64,000 nt of DNA, taken from positions 64,001 through 128,000 of the forward strand of contig JBDRYB010000004.1 in NCBI GenBank assembly GCA_039803205.1, read 5' to 3'. Source of the DNA: a candidate division WOR-3 bacterium (GTDB lineage Bacteria > Hydrothermota > Hydrothermia > JBDRYB01). The position numbers and the translations under genes were made by a program. This document shows, piece after piece, positions 48,352 to 58,298 of this stretch (within the stretch, counting starts at the first letter, position 1; every line of letters starts with the position of its first letter). A model generated the notes under the pieces. It did no database searches and was not told where the DNA came from. It was given only the letters and a program-made list of their open reading frames with translations.

Positions 48352-48729
48352 CTATTCTATAGCGGCTATGCATTCTATTTCCACCAGCGCGTCCTTGGGC
48401 AACCCAGAAACCTCAACGCAGGCCCTTGCCGGATAAGGCTCTGAGAAGTGCCTCGCGTATACCTCGTTCACGCGAGGGAAGTCCTTCATGTCCCTGAGGA
48501 ATATGGTCACCTTGACTATGTCCTTCATCTCAAATCCACCAGCCTCAAGTATGGCCGATATGTTCCTGAGGGCTAGATCCGCCTGAGCCTCAACCCCCTC
48601 AGCGAGGGCGCCTGTTTTCGGATCTATACCGAGTTGGCCTGATACAAAGACGAAATTGCCAACCTCAACAGCCTGGCTGTAAGGTCCAACGGGCTTCGGC
48701 GCGTGCTGGGATTCAATCGCTCTCTTCAT
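48352..48729 (-). CDS. ridA: RidA/YjgF enamine deaminase
   Basis: [25 protein letters not shown]. Confidence 0.92.
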   Translation of the reverse strand: MKRAIESQHAPKPVGPYSQAVEVGNFVFVSGQLGIDPKTGALAEGVEAQADLALRNISAILEAGGFEMKDIVKVTIFLRDMKDFPRVNEVYARHFSEPYPARACVEVSGLPKDALVEIECIAAIE

Positions 48730-48736
48730 GGCTAAA

Positions 48737-49319
48737 TCATAGACCCAAAGCTGGTTCCGGTGCAACCAGATTAAGGCCCCGATTATCTAACAACGAGTCG
48801 TGCCTGTTGATGAGTATGGAAAGTCCATCCTCGTAGGCCTTTGGAGAGAGGAGAAGAAACCAGCTTTTGCCAAAAGTGGAGGCGACGAGGCTATCGTAGC
48901 TGTATCCATATGACCATTTCAGATGGCTTGAGGGGATGCTGAAGGTATCACCGCTGAACTCCCAGCCACTTATCTCGCCATTCATGAGCTTTCCGATGGT
49001 AATTTCCTCATAGTAGTTAATCTTCAGATTAACCGAGAGAAAAGCGCTATCCCCGAAAACCAGAACTCCCTATACATCACGAAGAAACCGCCGTTTCCGT
49101 AGGCTACAATGGGTGCCTCATAGGACAAACCCCCCATATTCCTCCCAATAGCCTTCTTCCAGAAGTGCCGTCGCGAGCGGCCCTTATCTGATGAGAACCG
49201 TTCACGAATGTGTGCCAGGCAACGAGAAAGTATCCCCCGCCAAAAGCAACAGCGGGTTGATCGTGGGTTCCTGGCGTGTTGCAAACCGGAAAGATCAGGC
49301 TTATCAGAAAGGTAAGCAT
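48737..49319 (-). pseudogene. Frameshifted remnant of a secreted repeat protein
   Basis: SD + ATG; DQPAVAFGGGYFLVAW then APIVAYGNGGFFVMY in another frame; several breaks. Confidence 0.55.
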
Positions 49320-49408
49320 GATAACCTCCTGTCTGGACAAATTATGAACCGGAGAGAAGGTAAATTGCAAGCGCTAAAGGCCGAGCTTTAGAATTTTAGC
49401 CCCGCAGA

Positions 49409-49696
49409 ATGCTGGTCGCGCTTTTGGAGCTTGATCTCGCCCTTCCTGGGGTAACGAGCCTGAAGGAGAAGCGCATGGCGCTGAACCGGATAAAGGACAA
49501 GGTCTCCAGGCAGTTCAGGGTCTCAATCGCTGAGATCGGGGATTCAAAGGATTCCTGGGGCTCCGCGTCCATGGCGGTCGTAGCCGTATCTGATGATGGC
49601 GCTTTCCTTTCATCCGTTATGGCCAAAGTAATAGACTTCATAGAGAGGGAAAGAGGGGTTGAGATAACGAGGTATTCAACGAGATTTATCGGATGA
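49409..49696 (+). CDS. DUF503 (YlxP-like) protein
   Basis: SLKEKR, FRVSIAE...DSW. Confidence 0.85.
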   Translation: MLVALLELDLALPGVTSLKEKRMALNRIKDKVSRQFRVSIAEIGDSKDSWGSASMAVVAVSDDGAFLSSVMAKVIDFIERERGVEITRYSTRFIG

Positions 49697-49959
49697 TAGA
49701 GAGACAGGTGACCATAGTCAACGCCCTGGGCATACACGCTAGGCCCGCGACCCTCGTGGCTCAGGTCGCCCAAAGGTTCAAGTCGGACATAACCGTGGAA
49801 AAGGACGGACTTGAGGTGAACGCGAAGAGCGTCATGGGCGTGATGATGCTCGTTGCCGCAAAGGGTTCTGTGATAACAATAAGGGCCTCTGGGCCGGACG
49901 AGGCCGAGGCAATTGAGGCCCTGGTCCAACTCGTGGAGGACGGATTTGGAGAGGAATAA
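49693..49959 (+). CDS. ptsH: Phosphocarrier protein HPr
   Basis: GIHARPA (His15), NAKSVMGVM (Ser46). Confidence 0.96.
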   Translation: MIERQVTIVNALGIHARPATLVAQVAQRFKSDITVEKDGLEVNAKSVMGVMMLVAAKGSVITIRASGPDEAEAIEALVQLVEDGFGEE

Positions 49960-51616
49960 AACCCTCTACGGCACCCCTGTATCAAAAGGGATCGCTACGG
50001 GCAAGGCATTCCTGAGCGATGCTCACGGGAGCCCGGAACCAGAAGGGCTCTCCGGTGAAGAGGCCTTCGCTCGCGTGAAGGAGGTCCTTGATGACGCGAT
50101 AAGGGAGATGAGGGAGTCCTCAAGGTTGTTTCCCCCTGAGATAAAGAGGATGACAGAGGCGCAGATAGCCATCCTTGAGGATAAGGGCTTCCGCGATTCC
50201 ATAATGAAGGGAATAGAATCCGGCCTTTCTCCACAGGAAAGCATAACTGAGGCCGCGGAGCGAGTGGCTCTCAGACTTGAGACCTCGCAATCCGAATACA
50301 TGAAAGAGAGAGCAGGGGAGATAAGGAGCCTCGCGAGGGAGATATGCAGGTTCCTTGCCGGAGCGAGGGCTATACCCCCTGATTCTGTTCTGGTCTGCGA
50401 GGACATGACGGTATCAGAGGCTTTGAGGGCAGTGAAGGCAGGGGTGAGGGCCGTTATCATGGAGCGCGGCGCGATAACATCCCACGGGGTGATAATTCTC
50501 AGGGACTACAGGATCCCGGCCTTGATAGAGGTCTTTGAGGCCGCTAATGTCATAAAGGAAGGAATGACCCTGGCCGTGGATGGGTCAGGGGGCATGGTTG
50601 TGATTGAGCCGGACGAGGAGACCCTCTCATCGTTTCAAAAGAAACAGGAAGAGGAAAGGATTGAACAGGAAGAACTTGAAAGGCTCATTGGTTTGGAGAC
50701 CAGGACCCTGAACGGCCACAGGGTTGAGATAATGATGAACCTTGATCTCCCTGAGGAGATAGAGCTCGTTGAGAAGGTAAAGAAGTGCGGGGTAGGGCTT
50801 TTTAGGACAGAATACCTATTCCTAACCGGCAGAAGGGACGAGGAGAGCCAGACGAGGATATACAGGGAAATGGCGAGGGCCAACTATCCCTATGTTTTCA
50901 CGGTAAGGACATTTGACCTGGGAGGGGATAAGGTGATAGGGGTCAAGGAGCCAAACCCGTTTCTCGGGATGAGGGGCCTCAGGTTCCTGATGGTGAGGCC
51001 TGACCTCTTCAAGGCACAACTGCGCGCTGTCATGAGGGCGAACGAGCTGGGAAACATCAGGATAATGTTTCCGATGGTCTCATCCCTTGAGGAGCTTTCC
51101 GGGGTGAAGGCCCTGTTTCAGGAGGTAATAGACGAGGTTTCGCCTCCGCATGTCCCTGATTTTGGCATAATGGTTGAGGTTCCATCTGTCATCATGATGG
51201 CGAAGGAGTTCGCCAGAGAGGTTGATTTCATGTCCATAGGCACGAACGACCTAACCCAATATACTCTCGCTGTTGACAGGCAGAACTTCAGGGTCTCTCA
51301 CCTATACCAGCAGCTGGACCCCAGCGTGCTCAGGGGGGTCTACAGGGTGGTGGAGGCCGGAGCTGAGGCAGGTATTCCAGTAGCCGTGTGCGGAGAGCTC
51401 GCTTCCGATCCCATTGGAGCGCTCGTTCTTCTGGCCCTTGGGGTCCGAGAGCTCTCGGTCTCGCCCCCGAATTACCTGAGAACGAAAAAGCTGGTGATGA
51501 ACCTCGCTTTGGGGGACACGGATATGCTCCGAGAGAGCATACTTTCAGCGAGGACCCCGGAGGATGTGAAACGGATGGCCCATTGGCTCATGAAGCAAAA
51601 GGGGATTCCAGCATGA
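49946..51616 (+). CDS. ptsI: PTS enzyme I
   Basis: TSHG, GVGLFRTE, RTFDLGGDK, EPNPFLGMRG, SIGTNDLTQY, VCGE; TTG start after GGAGGA. Confidence 0.95.
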   Translation: MERNKTLYGTPVSKGIATGKAFLSDAHGSPEPEGLSGEEAFARVKEVLDDAIREMRESSRLFPPEIKRMTEAQIAILEDKGFRDSIMKGIESGLSPQESITEAAERVALRLETSQSEYMKERAGEIRSLAREICRFLAGARAIPPDSVLVCEDMTVSEALRAVKAGVRAVIMERGAITSHGVIILRDYRIPALIEVFEAANVIKEGMTLAVDGSGGMVVIEPDEETLSSFQKKQEEERIEQEELERLIGLETRTLNGHRVEIMMNLDLPEEIELVEKVKKCGVGLFRTEYLFLTGRRDEESQTRIYREMARANYPYVFTVRTFDLGGDKVIGVKEPNPFLGMRGLRFLMVRPDLFKAQLRAVMRANELGNIRIMFPMVSSLEELSGVKALFQEVIDEVSPPHVPDFGIMVEVPSVIMMAKEFAREVDFMSIGTNDLTQYTLAVDRQNFRVSHLYQQLDPSVLRGVYRVVEAGAEAGIPVAVCGELASDPIGALVLLALGVRELSVSPPNYLRTKKLVMNLALGDTDMLRESILSARTPEDVKRMAHWLMKQKGIPA

Positions 51617-52416
51617 GAGAAAACCCTCCTCTTTGGGACGAGGTAGAGGTTACCAGGGCTATATTCAAAGCATATTCCGAGAAGTTTATCAGGAGCCTTG
51701 AACTGGATGTCGCGATAGTCGGAGCTGGGCCGAGCGGCCTGGTCGCGGGATATTACTTGGCAGGCGAGGGTTTTTCGGTTTCCATATTTGAGCGAAAGCT
51801 GGCGCCAGGTGGGGGGATGTGGGGAGGGGGGATGATGTTCAACGAGATAGCTGTCCAGGAAAGCGCCCTGCCAATCCTCAAGGAGTTCGGGATAAGATAT
51901 GAGAACGCTGGATGTGGGCTTTACACAGCTGATTCCGTTCACTCCACGGCCATGCTCCTGGCCGGGGCAACATCCAGGGGGGTGAGAATATTCAATTGCG
52001 TGTCGGTTGAGGACATAATGGTGAGGGAGGGAAGGATAACCGGAATCGTTATACAGTGGACCCCCGTGGGGCTCGCTAAAATGCATGTTGATCCCTTGAC
52101 CGTGCGAGCCAAAGCGGTAATTGACGGGACAGGCCATCCAGCTGAGATAGCTCGCATGGTCCAGGATAAGCTGAAGGCAAACCTGAACACCCCCACGGGA
52201 AGGATAATGGAGGAGAGGCCCATGTGGGCTGAGAGGGGAGAGGAGGAGGTTGTCCAGAATACCAGGGAGGTATATCCTGGCCTCTGGGTCATGGGAATGG
52301 CCGCGAACGCTGTATTTGGCTCGTCGCGCATGGGGCCTGTTTTCGGGGGGATGCTCCTCTCGGGGAAACGGGCGGCAGAGGAGGTTGGGGATTACCTGAG
52401 AAGATGTGGGTCCTGA
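51613..52416 (+). CDS. thi4: Sulfide-dependent ADP-thiazole synthase (Thi4 family)
   Basis: GAGPSG, GGGMWGGG, HVDP, DGTGH, RMGPVFGGMLLSG. Confidence 0.92.
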   Translation: MRENPPLWDEVEVTRAIFKAYSEKFIRSLELDVAIVGAGPSGLVAGYYLAGEGFSVSIFERKLAPGGGMWGGGMMFNEIAVQESALPILKEFGIRYENAGCGLYTADSVHSTAMLLAGATSRGVRIFNCVSVEDIMVREGRITGIVIQWTPVGLAKMHVDPLTVRAKAVIDGTGHPAEIARMVQDKLKANLNTPTGRIMEERPMWAERGEEEVVQNTREVYPGLWVMGMAANAVFGSSRMGPVFGGMLLSGKRAAEEVGDYLRRCGS

Positions 52417-54188
52417 GCCTTTTCTTCGCCGCAAAAGATGCCGATCTGAAGGGGCTCATTGAGAGGGACCCGGACGCGGCCATCCCTGTCTTAAAAGCCC
52501 TTTCCGAACAAAACGCTATAGCCAGGCCTTGGGTTCAATATACCCTCCTAAAGGCTTATTTGAAAAAGGGGGAAGCAGACAGCGCTGAGGCATTGCTATC
52601 GGGCCTTGAAACGCCCCAATTGCGATATGCCCTGGAAAGGCTATTTGAGCATCACCTTTCCAAAGGGAATTACCGCCGGGTTATCGCGCTTTCCGATAGG
52701 TATCCGAAGATCGTGGGGGGGAGGCCTGTGCTCCTCTGGCAGAGGGCCCAGGCGGAAAAGGCAACCGGGATGACCGAGAGATACCAAAGGACCCTCTACG
52801 AGATAGTTGATGCCTTTCCTTCATCGGTCTACGCTGAAAAGGCAATAGAAACCGGAGGTTTTTCGGCTGAGGATAAGGCTATTGTCCTATACAACAGGGG
52901 AAGATACAAGGAGGCCATTTCCGTTTTCAAGAGGGCAAAACCCATATCAGGACTCGCTTATCACGCTTATTTCATGAGCCTTTACAGGACAAAGGATTAC
53001 TCCGGAGCTGTCTCGTTATACGAGCGCGAGGGCATAAGGAAGCTGGGTGGGCGCTACTCCAACGAGATCTATCTTTACGCTGGGATCTCATACAACAGGC
53101 TTGGGATGCCGGACCAGGCGATCTCGGCCCTCATTATGGTTGATGAGGACATGGCTGAGAGGGCGATAGCCGAGGCCTCCTTCGTAATACTTGAGCGGGG
53201 ATGCTCCTCTCGCTACCAGGATGTGGTTTCTGCCTTCGGTAAAACGAGGGATCCGGATGCGCTTTTGAGGCTTGGCCTCCTCGCGTTCGCTCTCGGTGAG
53301 ATGGGAGACGCGGAAGCATTCCTGAAGAGGGCGCTTGAAAACAGTCCCTCTGTGGGGACAGAGGGCGCTTGCTATTATTGGCTGTGGCGGACAACCGGGG
53401 ATGGGTTGTGGAAGGCTCGCTTGCTCTCGGTTGATCCTCTCAGCTGGTATGGATTGATGGTGAGGCCTTGGATCCCTGTTTCAGAGCGAGATCCCTGTTC
53501 CTGGGCGGGTATCGGATGCGATCCGGAGGCAGGCGAGGCTGTCAGGATAATGACGAGGCTCGGCCTAGCTGATGAGGCCTACGGGCTCCTGAAGGACAAG
53601 CCGGAGACATGGTGGGTTGGAGGCAAGGCCCTGGCTAGCGCGGGGGATTTTCTCGCCGCGAGCAGGCTTTTCACGGAGATATACAGGAGGGCTCCCAAAA
53701 GGGATACCCTGCCAGAAGAGCTTTTGAGGGCAATGTATCCCCTTCTTTACTGGAATGAGATCAAGCAGGCCGCTGACTCGGCAGGGATTGAGCCGGCCCT
53801 CCTGATAAGCATCGTCAGGGAGGAGAGCAGATTCAGGCCCGACGCGATTTCCCCTGCTGGCGCTAAGGGCCTCGCTCAGCTCATGAACTACACAGCTAGA
53901 AGGCTCGCTGATTCCCTGGGAATAAGATACAACATCTTTGATGTCAACGATAACCTTTACCTCGGGGCTGTCCATCTCAGGGAGCGTCTGAACGATTTCG
54001 GTAAGGAGTATCTGGCCGTCGCGGCATACAACGCTGGGCCCCAACCGGTCAGGCGCTGGATGGGTTTCATGGAAGGCTGGCCCCCAGACCTCTTCTGCGA
54101 GTTCATCACATACCAGGAAACCAGGAACTACACCAAGAATGTGATGAAAAGCTACTGGATATATAAGTGGCTCATTAGTGAGCAATAG
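52404..54188 (+). CDS. Soluble lytic murein transglycosylase (Slt-like, TPR)
   Basis: IVREESRF, GAKGLAQL, AAYNAGP, ETRNY. Confidence 0.88.
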   Translation: MWVLSLFFAAKDADLKGLIERDPDAAIPVLKALSEQNAIARPWVQYTLLKAYLKKGEADSAEALLSGLETPQLRYALERLFEHHLSKGNYRRVIALSDRYPKIVGGRPVLLWQRAQAEKATGMTERYQRTLYEIVDAFPSSVYAEKAIETGGFSAEDKAIVLYNRGRYKEAISVFKRAKPISGLAYHAYFMSLYRTKDYSGAVSLYEREGIRKLGGRYSNEIYLYAGISYNRLGMPDQAISALIMVDEDMAERAIAEASFVILERGCSSRYQDVVSAFGKTRDPDALLRLGLLAFALGEMGDAEAFLKRALENSPSVGTEGACYYWLWRTTGDGLWKARLLSVDPLSWYGLMVRPWIPVSERDPCSWAGIGCDPEAGEAVRIMTRLGLADEAYGLLKDKPETWWVGGKALASAGDFLAASRLFTEIYRRAPKRDTLPEELLRAMYPLLYWNEIKQAADSAGIEPALLISIVREESRFRPDAISPAGAKGLAQLMNYTARRLADSLGIRYNIFDVNDNLYLGAVHLRERLNDFGKEYLAVAAYNAGPQPVRRWMGFMEGWPPDLFCEFITYQETRNYTKNVMKSYWIYKWLISEQ

Positions 54189-54209
54189 GTTAGCGACGAA
54201 AGCTATTCC

Positions 54210-55718
54210 CTAAGCCTCTATTTTCGCCCTCTTGTCCGTGTCTATCTGGGCCCTCTGGAGGGTTCCCGAGTAGTCAATGTAGACGGTCTTTATCTCGTTG
54301 AATATCTCGTATACCGTCCAGCCGCCTTCACGGTGTCCGTTCCCGGTCTGCTTGACCCCCCCAAAGGGCATGTGGCATTCCGCTCCTATTGTCGGCGCAT
54401 TTATGTAGGTTATTCCCGCCTCAAGCTCCTCAATAGCGCGCATGGATTCCCGAAGATCCCTGGTGTATATGGATGAGGAGAGCCCATACCTTACGCCGTT
54501 TGCGACCCTTATGGCCTCATCAAGGCTACCAACCTTTATCACAGAGAGGACAGGCCCGAATATCTCCTCCTGCTCTATGCGCATTCCGGGTTTGACGCCC
54601 TCAAATATGGTAGGCGCGTAGAACCAGCCCTTAGCAAGAGGGCCATCGGTCAATCTCTCGCCCCCGTAAACCAGAGACGCGCCCTCGGCCTTCCCTATTT
54701 CAACATATGATTGAATGGTCTTGAGCTGGCTCTCGTTGATCAGCGGGCCCATGTTGGTCTCGTCTTTAGTGGGATCCCCTATTTTAAGGCTCTTGACCCT
54801 TTCTATGAGCTTTGCCATCATCTCATCATAGACATCCTCGTGGATTATGAGCCTGCTGGTCGCTGTGCAACGCTGGCCCTGGGTGCCGAATGCTCCCCAG
54901 AGGACGCCATCAACCGCTAGGTCAAGATCCGCTGAGGGCATTACTATCTGCGGGTTCTTCCCTCCCAGCTCAAGCGAAACCCTTTTCAGGTGCTTGCCGG
55001 CTATCTCAGCTATGCGCGAACCAACCTCAACCGAACCCGTGAAGGAGACCACGCCGATATCCGGATGGGTCAGTATTGCCTCCCCGACCTCTCCTCCCCC
55101 GCCTGTAACGAGATTGAGCACCCCCGGCGGAAGGCCCGCTTCCTCAAATATCTTGACGAACTCGGCCGCGCACGCGGGAGTGTCCGTAGCAGGCTTGAAT
55201 ATGACGCAGTTCCCGGAGAGCAGTGCGGGGAATATCTTCCAGGAGGGTATCGCCATCGGAAAGTTCCAGGGGGTTATGATTCCAGCTATTCCTATTGGTC
55301 TCAGGACAGTGAGGGCCATCTTCTCAGGGAGCTCAGACGGAGCGTTTCGGGAGAATAGCCTTCTCCCCTCGCCGAAAGCGTAATAGCCCGTGTCTATTGC
55401 CTCTTGGGTATCTCCCCTTGCCTCAGTGATGACCTTTCCCATCTCCCTCGCCATCAGGAGGGATATCTCCTCCTTCCTTTTAACCAGGAGCTCGGTCGCC
55501 CTGAGCATGATCTCCCCGCGCTTTGGCGCGGGCAGTTTTGACCACTTTGGAAAGGCCCTCTTCGCGGCCTCAACAGCCTCTGCCACATCCTTCGCGCTCG
55601 ACTTCGGAAATGTGCCGATAACCTCTTCCCAATCCGATGGGTTCCTATCTTCGAAGACCCTCCCGGTCTCCGATGGAACCCACTTCCCGTCTATGTAGTT
55701 AAGGTATTCCTTTGTCAT
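54210..55718 (-). CDS. Aldehyde dehydrogenase
   Basis: ITPWNFP, FTGS, LELGGKN, GQRCTA, EEIFGPV. Confidence 0.93.
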   Translation of the reverse strand: MTKEYLNYIDGKWVPSETGRVFEDRNPSDWEEVIGTFPKSSAKDVAEAVEAAKRAFPKWSKLPAPKRGEIMLRATELLVKRKEEISLLMAREMGKVITEARGDTQEAIDTGYYAFGEGRRLFSRNAPSELPEKMALTVLRPIGIAGIITPWNFPMAIPSWKIFPALLSGNCVIFKPATDTPACAAEFVKIFEEAGLPPGVLNLVTGGGGEVGEAILTHPDIGVVSFTGSVEVGSRIAEIAGKHLKRVSLELGGKNPQIVMPSADLDLAVDGVLWGAFGTQGQRCTATSRLIIHEDVYDEMMAKLIERVKSLKIGDPTKDETNMGPLINESQLKTIQSYVEIGKAEGASLVYGGERLTDGPLAKGWFYAPTIFEGVKPGMRIEQEEIFGPVLSVIKVGSLDEAIRVANGVRYGLSSSIYTRDLRESMRAIEELEAGITYINAPTIGAECHMPFGGVKQTGNGHREGGWTVYEIFNEIKTVYIDYSGTLQRAQIDTDKRAKIEA

Positions 55719-55795
55719 TTTCGCCTCCGTTAGGCCTTGATTATAAAACGGATAAGGGATCAGGTGCCAGGATAAAGCAAGGCTTCGGGTCATAG

Positions 55796-55847
55796 AAAAG
55801 CCCCGGCCGGGGAACGGGAGGTGCGAGGATTTTTGCCCAGCCGGGGC
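55796..55847 (-). terminator. Intrinsic terminator with CACCTCC loop
   Basis: GCCCCGGCTGGG...CCCGGCCGGGGC-TTTT just after stop codon at 55854. Confidence 0.7.
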
Positions 55848-55853
55848 CAGAGG

Positions 55854-57368
55854 TTATCGGACTATCTTCAGGGTCTTCGTCCCTCCCCGATACCTGAGAA
55901 CCGCGAGATAGATGCCATTCGTTTTCGTGTTCGGGATGAATGTGTGTCCCCCTTGGCCGAGGACGCCCTCATAGAGCCTCTGAAGGAGCCTGCCCCCTGC
56001 ATCGTAGAGCGAAAGGGATACCTGATCTGAGCTGGGCATGAAGAGATATATCCCCTTACCCATGGTTCTGAAATCAAACCCTTCTCCCAAGTCTTCTTCT
56101 ATACCTTCATATACCGGGCCGCAGCCCGTGGCGTTCAGGAAGTCGTCCAGAACCCAAAAATCGGCCGTGGCGTTCGTGTGCGTTCCAAGCATTATCTCAA
56201 TGCAGTTGTCGTCGTCTATATCGCCTATGGTCGGATCGTGCAGGTCCTCTGCAAGTGCCTTTGTCCAGAGGAGACTACCATCGGTGTTCAGGCAATATAG
56301 AAGCCCGCCTCCCCTGTTCGGAACAACAACCTCAAGGCCTCCGTCGCCATCAACATCAGCCAGGGCGGGTGTCCGGTGAACCCCGCTCCCTATGGTGTAA
56401 TTCCACATAAGAGAGCCGTCGGAACCCCTCAGGCAATATACCTTGCCGTCCTCTGACCCGAAGACAACTTCAAGCGAGCCGTTGCCATCCATATCGCCAA
56501 TTGCAACCCCGGATTTCACCAGGCCAACCGCGCCCACCGAGGGATATCTCCAAACCTGGGTTCCCAGACTGTCGTAGCAGTAGAGATGGCCATCCAGGCA
56601 CCCGATGAGCACATCCGTTTTTCCATCGTTGTTGACATCTGCAACAGCAGGGGATGAGGTGTCAACGCCTGAGGGAAGGATGATCTGCCGGAAAACAGTC
56701 CCGTTTCGCCTATAATACCAGAGGACATTCCCGGCGCCCACGACTATTTCGGGAAGCCCATCCCTGTTTATGTCCGCGACCGCGGGGGTTGACACGCCGC
56801 CCGCGTTCAGATGGCTCCACCACAGGGTTCCATCGTGCTGAAGGCAGTATATATACCAGTCATCCATGAACAGGACCTCATCCAGGCCGTCGTCGTCCAA
56901 GTCATACGCAATTGGAGAGTATGTCGTGCTTGGGGAAGGGGGAGTGTATTTCCACATCAGTGTTCCGGCCCCTCCGTTTAAACAGAAAAGTGAGCCTCCG
57001 CCTGTTCCGCATGTGCCAAAGAGAACCTCCGGATTACCATCCCGGTCAAGGTCAGATATGCACGGAGCTGAGTATATGTCAGCGCCCGCGCCGTATTTCC
57101 AGAGCAGGGAGCCAGTGTATCCAGAGAAACAATAAAGGGTGTCTGTTTGGCTCCCGACAACGATCTCAGGGCCCGGGTTATAGGAAACGACCTCTCCCAA
57201 GCCTGGATTGAAGCTCTCAACCCAGTTTCCTGTCCTGTAGCTCCATTTGACCACAGGAGCCTCCGACATGGCGCCCTTTGTGGTCTGGAGATGGGTGTTA
57301 GAGTAGTTCTGGCCATACTGCGTCCAATAGCCATAGGCTATGATCAGGGTTATCTTAAAAAACATCAT
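55854..57368 (-). CDS. Secreted FG-GAP/PQQ-like beta-propeller protein with T9SS-like C-terminal domain
   Basis: PA.AD.D.DG..E....G repeats with G.L.W; LYDAGGRLL...GIY...KIVR tail. Confidence 0.8.
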   Translation of the reverse strand: MMFFKITLIIAYGYWTQYGQNYSNTHLQTTKGAMSEAPVVKWSYRTGNWVESFNPGLGEVVSYNPGPEIVVGSQTDTLYCFSGYTGSLLWKYGAGADIYSAPCISDLDRDGNPEVLFGTCGTGGGSLFCLNGGAGTLMWKYTPPSPSTTYSPIAYDLDDDGLDEVLFMDDWYIYCLQHDGTLWWSHLNAGGVSTPAVADINRDGLPEIVVGAGNVLWYYRRNGTVFRQIILPSGVDTSSPAVADVNNDGKTDVLIGCLDGHLYCYDSLGTQVWRYPSVGAVGLVKSGVAIGDMDGNGSLEVVFGSEDGKVYCLRGSDGSLMWNYTIGSGVHRTPALADVDGDGGLEVVVPNRGGGLLYCLNTDGSLLWTKALAEDLHDPTIGDIDDDNCIEIMLGTHTNATADFWVLDDFLNATGCGPVYEGIEEDLGEGFDFRTMGKGIYLFMPSSDQVSLSLYDAGGRLLQRLYEGVLGQGGHTFIPNTKTNGIYLAVLRYRGGTKTLKIVR

Positions 57369-57412
57369 GTCAAGCCTCCTTTGTTCTCAAGGGGAAGGAA
57401 CTTTCTTCAAAT

Positions 57413-58159
57413 TCATCTCACAACCACCTTTCCCTTGTGAGTATCTGCTATCCAGATATAGACACCTTTTTCTAGGCTTATCGTAGTTTCACCCCTTTTC
57501 AGTTGTCCAGAATATGCAAGCCTGCCATCGGCAGAGTATATCCTCAGAGGGACATCAAGAGCAGAAAGGAAAAGCGCGGCGCTAGGAACAAGAGAGCAGG
57601 TTATCGGTGGTTGTTGATTGATGCTGATTTCCTCATGCTCAAGAAGAGCTTCGCACGGATCGGCTATTGTGAGATCAGGAGAGTTCACAGCCAAAGTTGG
57701 GGTTACGACTATGGGATCACATGATGTAATACTGGAAGGTAAAGATATGGTCAAGGCCGGACTCAAAGCCATAGGGGAACAATCCTGAACGCATCCGGGG
57801 TAATTCCCTTCCCGGTCAAGCTTGAGTAACAGAACATCATAATTGCCAGCACCGAAACTCTGCGTTCGTCCGACGATAGCATAATCCCCATCCGCTGTCT
57901 GGATTATGGATCTGGGATATTCTACATAGTCATTGCTTGGGCCTCCGAAAGTCCTTGCCCACGCTATACTGCCGTCTGAAGCCAGCTTGATCGCGAGGAT
58001 GTCGTATCCGCCCGCGCCAAAACTATTCGTGTATCCCGTGACCGCGTAGCCTCCATCCGCGGTTTGGATTATGGGATAGGCCACATCATCATTTGTCCCC
58101 CCATAGCTCTTCGCAAAGAGACCCTGGGAGACGAGCACGGTTATAAAAAGGTTCGTCAT
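57413..58159 (-). CDS. Short paralog of the 779-2293 beta-propeller protein (about 2 repeats)
   Basis: IQTADGGY repeats, G.YP.C..C.P linker, IYSADGRLAY...GVYIW tail. Confidence 0.7.
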   Translation of the reverse strand: MTNLFITVLVSQGLFAKSYGGTNDDVAYPIIQTADGGYAVTGYTNSFGAGGYDILAIKLASDGSIAWARTFGGPSNDYVEYPRSIIQTADGDYAIVGRTQSFGAGNYDVLLLKLDREGNYPGCVQDCSPMALSPALTISLPSSITSCDPIVVTPTLAVNSPDLTIADPCEALLEHEEISINQQPPITCSLVPSAALFLSALDVPLRIYSADGRLAYSGQLKRGETTISLEKGVYIWIADTHKGKVVVR

Positions 58160-58184
58160 GATAAAAACTCCGTAGTTTTCGGGT

Positions 58185-58234
58185 AAAAAAGGCCGACTGG
58201 AACGATCAGGAGGTGTAAAACTTTCCAGTCGGCC
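58185..58234 (-). terminator. Intrinsic terminator with CACCTCC loop
   Basis: GGCCGACTGGAA-loop-TTCCAGTCGGCC-TTTTTT. Confidence 0.8.
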
Positions 58235-58298
58235 CGGATGAATCGTCCTGCCCTTGCTGAATGCCTTCTCGTGGACATGAAAGAACTCCTTCGCTCTC

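Noticed and set aside
51472..52434. 320-aa antisense ORF (and similar shadows such as 4642-5340, 26978-27643, 61950-62591)
   Set aside because: They lie opposite well-supported genes and are explained by codon bias
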